Below the pieces are notes generated by a model. That model was not told where the DNA came from and searched no databases. It saw only the letters and a program-made list of their open reading frames with translations. The position numbers and the translations under genes are program-made. Source: an uncultured archaeon (GTDB lineage Archaea; Asgardarchaeota; Thorarchaeia; Thorarchaeales; Thorarchaeaceae). Taken from it: a stretch of 36,135 bases of DNA. Positions 26,686 through 34,698 of the stretch are shown in pieces (position 1 is the stretch's first letter; each line of letters starts with the position of its first letter). The stretch covers positions 1 through 36,135 of the forward strand of contig CAZPWM010000028.1 of NCBI GenBank assembly GCA_964590575.1. Reading direction: 5' to 3'.

Positions 26686-27624
26686 TCATTTGGCAACTAA
26701 CTTCTTACCCTTTGCCTTTGCTTTGCCCTTCTTCGGGTCTGTTTCTGTTTCTTCTTCCAGCTCAGCTCTAAAGAAGCTAATAAGGTCCCCAAGACGCTCT
26801 TTCATTTCAGCCTTGATTGGACTTAGAATGGCATCAGGGGTTCCTTTGAGCAGTTCAATTCCTAATACTCTTCCATCTTTTACAATGACACGAGGAATGA
26901 ATCCTTCCGCCATAAATGTTCCTTCGGGAGGATCCTTAACTTTTTCAAATTTCCGCTCAACCTTCTCCTGCCCAAACACAGCAATCTTGTGCTCAGCTAC
27001 TGTGAAGAGTTCATTATAAACAATCAGTAACTCCCTCTGATACCCCTCGGGTGGATCAACTGATTCAAGCTCTTTGATCATAGCTTGAATCTCTCCTGAT
27101 GAGACTTGACGCGCAGCTGAAGAAGTTGGTGGTCTTGGAGGCGGTGTTGATACGGTAGAAGTTGTAGTGGTTGGAGATGGTGGCCTGGGAGGAGGAGTTG
27201 CCGTTGCTCTTGATTCAGGCTCTGACGGTTGTGGTCTTGGAGGTGGTGCAGATGCTACCTCGACTTGTTTATCAGTTGCTTCAGTCCTTGGTTTCGGTGG
27301 CATTGGGGGAGGTGCTTGCTCACCAGGTTTCAAAACCCTTGTTGCAGCTGTTGTGCCATCCAAGGCTGTAAAGAAGGTAGGAGGTTCTTCTCCTTCATCC
27401 AATGGGCGTACCTTAAAATGAAAGCCATATTCCGTCCTTAGATTAGTGGCAACTCTTGCTCCAATAAACTTCCTTCTGATGCCTGCTTGGACTCCCTTCC
27501 AAAGGTAGATACTCTTTGTTTCATCATCGACGACACAAACTACCATTGTTGACTCAAGATCATCCTTAGTTATTTCGACCTCATTCAGGGTCCCGTCTTC
27601 CAAAACCTCGTAGCCTACTACCAT
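26686..27624 (-). CDS. Gelsolin-domain protein (1DGelX-like): one gelsolin domain, Pro-rich linker, C-terminal domain of unknown function
   Basis: VVDDETKSIYLWKG...RKFIGARVA...DEGEEPPTFFTAL matches the gelsolin domain pattern (IY-x-W-x-G ... long helix ... EG-x-EP-x-x-F). The linker has repeated PPPRP. The C-terminal domain contains PPEGYQRELLIV. Confidence 0.8.
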   Translation of the reverse strand: MVVGYEVLEDGTLNEVEITKDDLESTMVVCVVDDETKSIYLWKGVQAGIRRKFIGARVATNLRTEYGFHFKVRPLDEGEEPPTFFTALDGTTAATRVLKPGEQAPPPMPPKPRTEATDKQVEVASAPPPRPQPSEPESRATATPPPRPPSPTTTTSTVSTPPPRPPTSSAARQVSSGEIQAMIKELESVDPPEGYQRELLIVYNELFTVAEHKIAVFGQEKVERKFEKVKDPPEGTFMAEGFIPRVIVKDGRVLGIELLKGTPDAILSPIKAEMKERLGDLISFFRAELEEETETDPKKGKAKAKGKKLVAK

Positions 27625-27811
27625 AATCGATCACTACGCTACTCATTAAGCTTGTAACACTGGACAAATGTAGTATCTGACCAGCGTAATGGTTATTCCC
27701 TTTTTGTGGTATATGATTGTTATTGTGTTAGATATGAAGCCGGAATCTGGCTCTAATAGATGTGAATAAGGCTTATGAGTCAGGTGAGCCTACATTATTT
27801 GGTTGCGGACA

Positions 27812-28903
27812 ATGGAAGAACCACAAGCATATTCAAACCCGTATAAGCAACAATTCGATGAAGTTGAGGGCTTAAGCTCGGGCAAACTCATTCTTGCGTT
27901 CATTACATCAACAGTCATTATGCTTGCATCCACATGGGGGCTTCTTACCATACTGAACCTTTCTAGTGTGTTTAGTATTGACCCCTCTCGGTTTCTTCCA
28001 TATACTCTCTACATGTTGGGAGCTTCTGTAGGATCTCTAATCCTCGCATTCATATTATGCGTAATTCTTGTCAAGTGGCCAAGAACGGTCAGTCTGCCCC
28101 TCTATATTCATAGATATGCAAAACGACACGCTGGAGACTACTTCCTCTCCCCAGAACCAGAAGATGAGAATTTAGGGACTGTTTTTAGAAGATCCCTCTA
28201 CGGCTCGGTGTTGGTTGTTGGGATTGCTCTAACGCTCCTCGGTTTTGAATTAATGGTTCAGTTAAGCACGGGGGATCTAATCTTTCTAGGTTCAGTGTTG
28301 ATGATTGTGAGCATAGTCATTCTACCATTTACAATAATGTTGCTCTACTTCGGTCCATGGTTAATGAAAGACTCTGGACTTTTTCATCTTGATTCAAAAG
28401 ACAGGTCTCTAAGCAATGTTGGTGATGATGTTGAGGATATTCTTGAGTTTTTTGCAGGAGTAGACATTGTTCTTGTTTGGTTGGAGCTAACCTTCAATGT
28501 TGCGACAGAAGCTCCATGGATTCCGATATTCATCATTATAGTATCACTGGGTCCACTCTTCTCAATCATTCTCAACTTTACTATTGTTTTCATGGCTTTC
28601 AAAAAGAGAGCCACTCTATCCATGTTGCGATATTTAACGACTAACTTCGATGTACCAGATATGGCTGGTTCTCCAAACTACATACGAAGCAGAGTGGTAG
28701 CTCTAGTTGACCGAGAGTTGCTCAGGATGACTCCAGTTTCATCAACAGGTTCTGAGTCGTATGTTGAAACAGAATTCGAATCCACACCTGAACCGGAACC
28801 ATCGCCTGAACTAGAAACTGAACCTGAACCAGCACCAAAGAGTTTCAACATCCCTCCACCTCCCGGAGACCGCAAAGAGTCAGTTTCCGAGGATGATGAT
28901 TGA
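27812..28903 (+). CDS. Polytopic membrane protein of unknown function with an acidic, Pro-rich C-terminal tail
   Basis: About six hydrophobic segments, a polar loop WLMKDSGLFHLD, and a tail of EPEP repeats ending in IPPPPG. The ATG at 27812 is preferred over the TTG at 27803. The 3' end overlaps the thiQ stop by 24 bp. Confidence 0.85.
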   Translation: MEEPQAYSNPYKQQFDEVEGLSSGKLILAFITSTVIMLASTWGLLTILNLSSVFSIDPSRFLPYTLYMLGASVGSLILAFILCVILVKWPRTVSLPLYIHRYAKRHAGDYFLSPEPEDENLGTVFRRSLYGSVLVVGIALTLLGFELMVQLSTGDLIFLGSVLMIVSIVILPFTIMLLYFGPWLMKDSGLFHLDSKDRSLSNVGDDVEDILEFFAGVDIVLVWLELTFNVATEAPWIPIFIIIVSLGPLFSIILNFTIVFMAFKKRATLSMLRYLTTNFDVPDMAGSPNYIRSRVVALVDRELLRMTPVSSTGSESYVETEFESTPEPEPSPELETEPEPAPKSFNIPPPPGDRKESVSEDDD

Positions 28904-29944
28904 TTCGGTTTTGAAAGCGAATGCAATTGTCTTCTCACCATTAGATCTCAAGCGCATGACAAGCTCTTCATCATAGGTTAGAGCAATTATTGGGATGCCA
29001 TTAAAATCAAGACTCACCTTAAACGATCCTACTTGTGGTGTGATTGCAATAAGCTCAGCTTCTGCCCAATCTACTGGTAATGAGTCGGAAATTATCACAT
29101 CTTCAGGCTTCACACTAAAAATGATTTGAGAATTGATTTCCCCCTCGCCTGGAATTTCAAACCAATTATCATTGGACAAAACTTTGAGGTGACCTCCTGA
29201 TACCTCTTTTATTTGACCTGAAAATACATTGCCACTTCCTAGAAATCTGGCAACAAATTCGTTTGCTGGAGAATCATAGAGTTCTTCTGGAGTACCAACT
29301 TGACTCACGATTCCATCATTTAGGATTGCCACTCTATCTGAGATTGCGAATGCCTCATCCTGACTGTGAGTGACATAGATGGTTGTTATTTTCAGTTTTC
29401 TTTGAATTCGTCGTATCTCTGTTTGCAGCCGCTCCCTGAGCTGTAGGTCCAATGCAGACAAAGGTTCGTCAAGTAAGAGGAGTTTAGGATTAGTAGCAAG
29501 TGCTCGTGCCAGGGCCACCCGCTGTGCTTCTCCTCCACTAACTTCGGATATCTTCCTCAACAACAAATGACGAATGCCCAGGAGATCTGCCAGTTCCTCA
29601 ACTCGTTCAATGGTCTTCTCTCTTGACCAACCTGCCATATCCGGTCCAAATGAGATATTCCCGAATACGGTCATATTGGGAAATAGTGCGACTGATTGAA
29701 ACACCATTCCTATGTGTCTTTCACGCGGTTCGACGTTGACCATATCTTTCCCATCAAAAAGTAGACTACCACCGACGTTCTCGATGAAACCAGCTACCAT
29801 GCGTAGTGTAGTTGTTTTTCCAGATCCGCTGGGGCCTAGAAGAGTCAGAAACTCTCCATCTCGAACTTGAAGGTCAATTGGTCCAATCCTGGAACCGTCA
29901 CTGAATTCTCGTATGAGTCCTCTTAGTTCAACTTCAACCATCAC
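28880..29944 (-). CDS. thiQ: ABC transporter ATP-binding subunit (thiamine transporter)
   Basis: Walker A GPSGSGKTT, signature VSGGEAQR, LLLLDEPLSALD, H-loop YVTH and a C-terminal TOBE-like region. Its start overlaps the permease stop (TGATG). Confidence 0.85.
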   Translation of the reverse strand: MMVEVELRGLIREFSDGSRIGPIDLQVRDGEFLTLLGPSGSGKTTTLRMVAGFIENVGGSLLFDGKDMVNVEPRERHIGMVFQSVALFPNMTVFGNISFGPDMAGWSREKTIERVEELADLLGIRHLLLRKISEVSGGEAQRVALARALATNPKLLLLDEPLSALDLQLRERLQTEIRRIQRKLKITTIYVTHSQDEAFAISDRVAILNDGIVSQVGTPEELYDSPANEFVARFLGSGNVFSGQIKEVSGGHLKVLSNDNWFEIPGEGEINSQIIFSVKPEDVIISDSLPVDWAEAELIAITPQVGSFKVSLDFNGIPIIALTYDEELVMRLRSNGEKTIAFAFKTESIIILGN

Positions 29945-31566
29945 AAAGCACCTCCAGTGCTACCTTTTGAGATTCGTTCCATGACAAGAAATGCAATTAC
30001 ACAGATGATCACAAGAACAAGGGCAGCTGCTCCTGCTTCAACAAAAGCCCGGATACCAAGATAATGGTAGATTGCTACAGCAAGAGTGTAGTTCTGAGGT
30101 AACGCGATAAACAGAGTGGCTGACATCTCTCCAATGGCCATTGCAAATGCGAACACTCCACCAACAAGGATTCCTGGAGCAAGTAGGGGGAGCTCAACAA
30201 AGAGAAGACGTTGGATTCTAGACGCGCCTAAGGAATCAGCCTGTTCCAATATTGCTGAGTCAATCTTGCTCATGGCAATCTCAATCGCTCTGGCACTGAA
30301 GGGAAGTCCAATGATTGTCTGTGCCACAACTATGATTGGCCACGGATTTGTGATAAGTCCTAGTGGAACCGCAATCACAAGAACAAGTCCGTAGGCAACT
30401 GTGACGGAAGATATTCCTAGTGGCAACAGAATCATAGTCGATGCAAGCGTGGGTACAGTCTTCGATTTTGACCTTATAGCGATGGCCAGTGGTACACCTA
30501 GGACCACTGCAAACATAGTCGCCAAACCTGCATAGAATAGCGAATTGACTAGATACCAACTCCCAGCAGTGAAGAGATTGGTGAACCCATCGAAAGTATA
30601 TGTTTGTGCCATCGGATCAAAAACGGATGCTCTGGTTATTGTTGCAATGGGTCCAAGTACTAAGACCACGATTAATACCAGGTAGCCTATGATTAGACAC
30701 CTTTCTGCCAATCGGTAACGACTGAAGGTTGTTGTTTTGATTGAGGCTGTCGGACCACTATCGTCCTCTCGCGTTCCAAGTTTGACATAGACAAAAGCAA
30801 GACTAAGTGTGACGACTATCTGTATTAGTGTCAGTGAGCTAGCTTGTCCATAATCGAAGATTCTGAATGCGTTGTAAATCTGGGCCTCTATTGTCAGATA
30901 GACTCCTTGACCGAATGCCAGAACAATCGGGAATGACATGAAACAGAACATAAACGTCAGAACTGCGGCTGCAAGCAGTGAAGGCATGATATGGGGGAGT
31001 GTTATTCGGCGTAATCTCTGGAGTGGTGTGGCACCAAGTATCTCTGCACTCTCTTCTATCTCTGGATTTAAACGTTCAAGGGATGCAGAAACCATTAGGA
31101 GAACAAGTGGTACATTGTAGAAAGTGTGAGCGAGGATGATTCCAGGAACCCCTTTTGCCAAATTGAAGACTGATGAGCTAGAGCCTTGAATCCACATGAG
31201 GATAGAATCGATGACTCCATAGGGTCCAAACATCTGTAGAAATCCCACGACAACAACTATAGGCGGTAGCACAAATGGAACAATCATCATGGCCTTCACC
31301 AATGATTTCCCTCTGAACCTCAATCTTGCAATCAAGAATGCGCCTGGCAAACCGATGCAGACAGCCATGATTGTACTCAGAATTGCTTGGCTAAATGTGA
31401 AAATAATTGTGAATTGAATTGCTGGTGATGCGACGACGTCAAGGAACGAGGTTCCAGACGTGAATCCTTGCAGTGTCACAATGAGGACGGGGCACAGTAT
31501 GAACACTGTAAGTAATAGGATTGGGAATGCTAGTACTGCATACCCTGCAAGCCCTCGTGCATTCAC
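29941..31566 (-). CDS. thiP: ABC transporter permease, duplicated ThiP/FbpB type
   Basis: About 12 TM helices, two EAA-like loops (EESAEILGA and EQADSLGA), PFVLPPIVV and ILAHTFYNVP. It lies between the binding protein and the ATPase. Confidence 0.88.
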   Translation of the reverse strand: MNARGLAGYAVLAFPILLLTVFILCPVLIVTLQGFTSGTSFLDVVASPAIQFTIIFTFSQAILSTIMAVCIGLPGAFLIARLRFRGKSLVKAMMIVPFVLPPIVVVVGFLQMFGPYGVIDSILMWIQGSSSSVFNLAKGVPGIILAHTFYNVPLVLLMVSASLERLNPEIEESAEILGATPLQRLRRITLPHIMPSLLAAAVLTFMFCFMSFPIVLAFGQGVYLTIEAQIYNAFRIFDYGQASSLTLIQIVVTLSLAFVYVKLGTREDDSGPTASIKTTTFSRYRLAERCLIIGYLVLIVVLVLGPIATITRASVFDPMAQTYTFDGFTNLFTAGSWYLVNSLFYAGLATMFAVVLGVPLAIAIRSKSKTVPTLASTMILLPLGISSVTVAYGLVLVIAVPLGLITNPWPIIVVAQTIIGLPFSARAIEIAMSKIDSAILEQADSLGASRIQRLLFVELPLLAPGILVGGVFAFAMAIGEMSATLFIALPQNYTLAVAIYHYLGIRAFVEAGAAALVLVIICVIAFLVMERISKGSTGGAL

Positions 31567-31580
31567 TTTATTCTCCTCTT

Positions 31581-32765
31581 CTATGGTGTCCTAGTCGTGT
31601 CCCACAGGTTCAGCCAATCAGTAAGATTCGATGCTATCTGATTGGCGCTCAGAAGATGGTTGAGCATACTCACTTCATCAGGATGAATGGCGTATTGATA
31701 CACACTTGGAAGTGTGAGATCTGTTCTTACCGGGAACATCCACTGATTGAGTGGTATCTCTGTCTGAACAGTGACGTTGAGACAATAGTCTATGAATGCT
31801 CTTCCCAACTCTGGGTTGGGACCGTTCTTGACGAGTCCCACTCCTTCGACCTGCATCCATGCCCAATGCTGGTCATCGTAGTAGAATGGAGCCACAGCAG
31901 TATCTGGAGCTGTTCCAAGATCGTTAGCTGAGTACGCAGGATCCGTTCCGTAACTTACCAGCAGATGCTTACTTGGATCACCTGACCAGACTGACCAAGC
32001 TGCTGTCCATCCCTCCTGAACATCTATGGCATTACTGATATTGTTCCACCATATAGTCCAGTCTTCATGTAGTAGTTCTTCATAAACTGCAATCTGAGAG
32101 AGCAGGAAGGCAAGTCCTGGACTGCTAAAACGAGGATTCTCAGTGACTAGAGCTGATGCTAGTTCTGCTTCAGCAAGGTCTGCAAATGTCAGGTTTGCGA
32201 GCTGCGGATGGCTGGTTGTGTTGATTGTGTTCATAGAGTATATCAGGGTAACCAATCCAAAATCTAACGGAGTGAGGTAATGGTCAGGGTCGAGAAGATC
32301 AACAAAGGTCTCATTGATTAAACCCAGACTTGGTGACACATATGGCTCTAAAACATTTCTAGCAGCCTCTTGAAGAATGAGGATATTGTCAATCCCTATC
32401 ACGACATCCGCCACAGGATTTGCAGATTCTGCTACTAACTTAGCGATGATACCATTTGCATCTACCTCTAGGAGAATGATTTCGACATCGACTCCATACT
32501 TTTCCTCAAAAGGTGCAAAAGCCCGTTCAAGAACAGCATCGGCACCCTCATCTCCCCAGTCAAGAAAAGAGCTATAGGTGTAGACCACAATCTGGGCTTC
32601 GTGGTTAGGTGTCCACCAAGTCACAGCAGCATAGGTCGCCACGACTAGAATCACACAGACTGTAACAGCAACAATGATTTTCGTAGGGTCCCTTCTGACA
32701 GGGTACTTCGTCATGCTCTGTGGGGACTCATCCATTCTTTGCGTCACCAAATTGATTCCATGCAA
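31581..32765 (-). CDS. thiB: Thiamine ABC transporter substrate-binding protein (start may be a downstream Met)
   Basis: ThiB/TbpA motifs VYTYSSF, ADVVIGIDN, SSPGLAFL, GWTAAW, VSYGTDPAY, QVEG and QWMFPV. N-terminal TM anchor. Confidence 0.9.
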   Translation of the reverse strand: MHGINLVTQRMDESPQSMTKYPVRRDPTKIIVAVTVCVILVVATYAAVTWWTPNHEAQIVVYTYSSFLDWGDEGADAVLERAFAPFEEKYGVDVEIILLEVDANGIIAKLVAESANPVADVVIGIDNILILQEAARNVLEPYVSPSLGLINETFVDLLDPDHYLTPLDFGLVTLIYSMNTINTTSHPQLANLTFADLAEAELASALVTENPRFSSPGLAFLLSQIAVYEELLHEDWTIWWNNISNAIDVQEGWTAAWSVWSGDPSKHLLVSYGTDPAYSANDLGTAPDTAVAPFYYDDQHWAWMQVEGVGLVKNGPNPELGRAFIDYCLNVTVQTEIPLNQWMFPVRTDLTLPSVYQYAIHPDEVSMLNHLLSANQIASNLTDWLNLWDTTRTP

Positions 32766-32768
32766 GCA

Positions 32769-32799
32769 TTCTTATAACGCTTCTTATAACAGTGTTATA
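32769..32799. promoter_or_regulatory. Candidate ThiR operator between the divergent thiB and thiR genes
   Basis: Palindrome TATAAC-AGT-GTTATA (32785-32799) plus a direct repeat of TTCTTATAAC (32769-32778 and 32781-32790). Confidence 0.65.
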
Positions 32800-32818
32800 G
32801 CAATTGGTGAGATTCGTC

Positions 32819-33751
32819 ATGAGGCCGCCTTGTGAGATTGTACAGAGAGACTTCCTGCAAGCAGTCAGAACATTTGTAGCGAGGTCTTTAAAGGATGAAG
32901 GATTTTCTCAAACCGAAATAGCTTTGAAAATGGATTTGACGCAAGCCGCTGTTAGTAAGTACCTGAGCAAACCATTCACAAAGACTAAGTTAGCCAGTGA
33001 CATTACTCGGGTCACCCTGACATTAACAGAGATGCTAAAGACTGGCGAGTCTAGCGCAGACCAGATTGTCCAAGAACTTTGTTCTGCTTGCATGCGTTCA
33101 CGACTCGGGTCAACTCTCTGTGAGCTACATCAAGACAAGACGCCCTCTCTAAAAGCTGTGAATTGCCAAGTATGTTCTCAACTACTTGGAGGGAGAGATG
33201 ATGACCTTGCTGATCGTGCAACAGTCATTGGAGATATTCTGGAAGGCCTGAGAATCATTGAGCAATCTGAAACCTTCGAGTCTATTGTTCCTCAAGTCCG
33301 GGCTAATTTTGTGGCTTGTAATAATCACGCTAACACTGTGAAGGATGTTGCTGGAGTACCTGGAAGAATCACAATCATAGATGGTCGTGCTCGTGCTCTC
33401 ATTAGTCCTCAATTTGGAGCTTCACAGCATACTGCAGAGTTATTATTACATGCTATGAAAACATGGTCACGAATTCGTGCATGTCTATGTATAAGTGGAA
33501 CCCAGAAGGTTGTGAAGATTGCAAAACGAACCGGGTTTGAGGTTATCTCAATGAAAGATCCTGAAAGTACAGCCTCTAAGATCATCGAGTCTTTGAAGAT
33601 TACTAATCAACTACCTGGACGAAGAACTTCACATCCCGCCATCCATATTCCGGGTGGTTTTGGTATCGAACCTATTCTATATCTCTTTGGCCCAAGTGCA
33701 AAAGATCTCGGTAATAGGAGTCTTAGAATTAGTGATGCGGTAAAATCCTAA
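32819..33751 (+). CDS. thiR: ThiR-type transcriptional regulator (XRE-like HTH + ThiN-like sensor domain)
   Basis: MRPPCE start (ATG at 32819) and HTH SQTEIALKMDLTQAAVSKYL. ThiN-like motifs PQVRAN, DVAGVPGRI, FGASQHTA and GGFGIEP. Divergent from thiBPQ. Confidence 0.85.
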   Translation: MRPPCEIVQRDFLQAVRTFVARSLKDEGFSQTEIALKMDLTQAAVSKYLSKPFTKTKLASDITRVTLTLTEMLKTGESSADQIVQELCSACMRSRLGSTLCELHQDKTPSLKAVNCQVCSQLLGGRDDDLADRATVIGDILEGLRIIEQSETFESIVPQVRANFVACNNHANTVKDVAGVPGRITIIDGRARALISPQFGASQHTAELLLHAMKTWSRIRACLCISGTQKVVKIAKRTGFEVISMKDPESTASKIIESLKITNQLPGRRTSHPAIHIPGGFGIEPILYLFGPSAKDLGNRSLRISDAVKS

Positions 33752-33831
33752 TCTTCAGTGCCTTTGTCTTACATCAGTTTATTTTATCCTTAGCCAGAAT
33801 GAAACCTGTTACAAGTCAGGGGTGTCTAGCG

Positions 33832-34695
33832 ATGGTGACCATTCGACAGGGTATGATGAAAGATTGCACAGACCTCCTTGAGGTATATCAGGGGACAAGA
33901 TGGTTCCATCGTACAAGGGACGGGGGTTACGCCACTGTTGAACAGGTCAAAGATGAACACAAAGGAGCTGCATTTGAAAGATGGGGTTGGCTTGTAGCTG
34001 AAGAGAAGGGGAAAGTCATTGGTGAGATTGTGTTCAGAGCTGAGAAAAATCCTATATCAGGAAAAGTTGGTGTAATTCGCAATCTAGACATTGATGTCCG
34101 AAATCAGAAAAGCGGGATCGGGACTACGCTAACAAGAGCAGCTGAAGATGTACTCCGAAGGAAACGAGTTGTTCGGGTCATTGCAACAACCCCGCCTGCT
34201 GCCTACAATTATTGGATGAAGGTGAAGTATTTCGCTAGGGGTTCGATAATGAACATCAGTCTATCCGCCCCTAAAATCCCCATCCTAAGAACTCCCAAAG
34301 TCAAGACTGTGAATATAAAAAATGTGACAAAGCTTCCAACTTCAATGCACTTCTCTCATATTGCTTACCCGGGTTCATTAGCTGAACTTGCTGCTGATGT
34401 GATTGAGGGTACCATAAAAGGTAACATGATGGAATACTATTCTGATGAGCGTCTTGTTGGTGTTGGTGTCGTTGCCCAGATCGATGCAAAAACTGCTAGG
34501 TTTGTAGCTGACGTGACCAAACGTGGTTTGGCTGTTGCTGATATTGTCGTATCTCGAACAGCTGGGTTTGCTCTGAAGTGGAACGCAACGAAAGTACGAT
34601 CCGTGGTCTCTAAGGATCACCTCGGTATTTTCACTTCTTTTGCCAAGTGGTCTTCTGAAACTTCAACTGATATCCCTGTCACACGCCTTCTGTGA
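33832..34695 (+). CDS. GNAT family N-acetyltransferase with a C-terminal extension
   Basis: WLVAEEKGKVIGEI, acetyl-CoA motif NQKSGIGTTL and AYNYWMKVKY. The ATG at 33832 (GGGGTG upstream) is preferred over 33799. Confidence 0.8.
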   Translation: MVTIRQGMMKDCTDLLEVYQGTRWFHRTRDGGYATVEQVKDEHKGAAFERWGWLVAEEKGKVIGEIVFRAEKNPISGKVGVIRNLDIDVRNQKSGIGTTLTRAAEDVLRRKRVVRVIATTPPAAYNYWMKVKYFARGSIMNISLSAPKIPILRTPKVKTVNIKNVTKLPTSMHFSHIAYPGSLAELAADVIEGTIKGNMMEYYSDERLVGVGVVAQIDAKTARFVADVTKRGLAVADIVVSRTAGFALKWNATKVRSVVSKDHLGIFTSFAKWSSETSTDIPVTRLL

Positions 34696-34698
34696 TTA

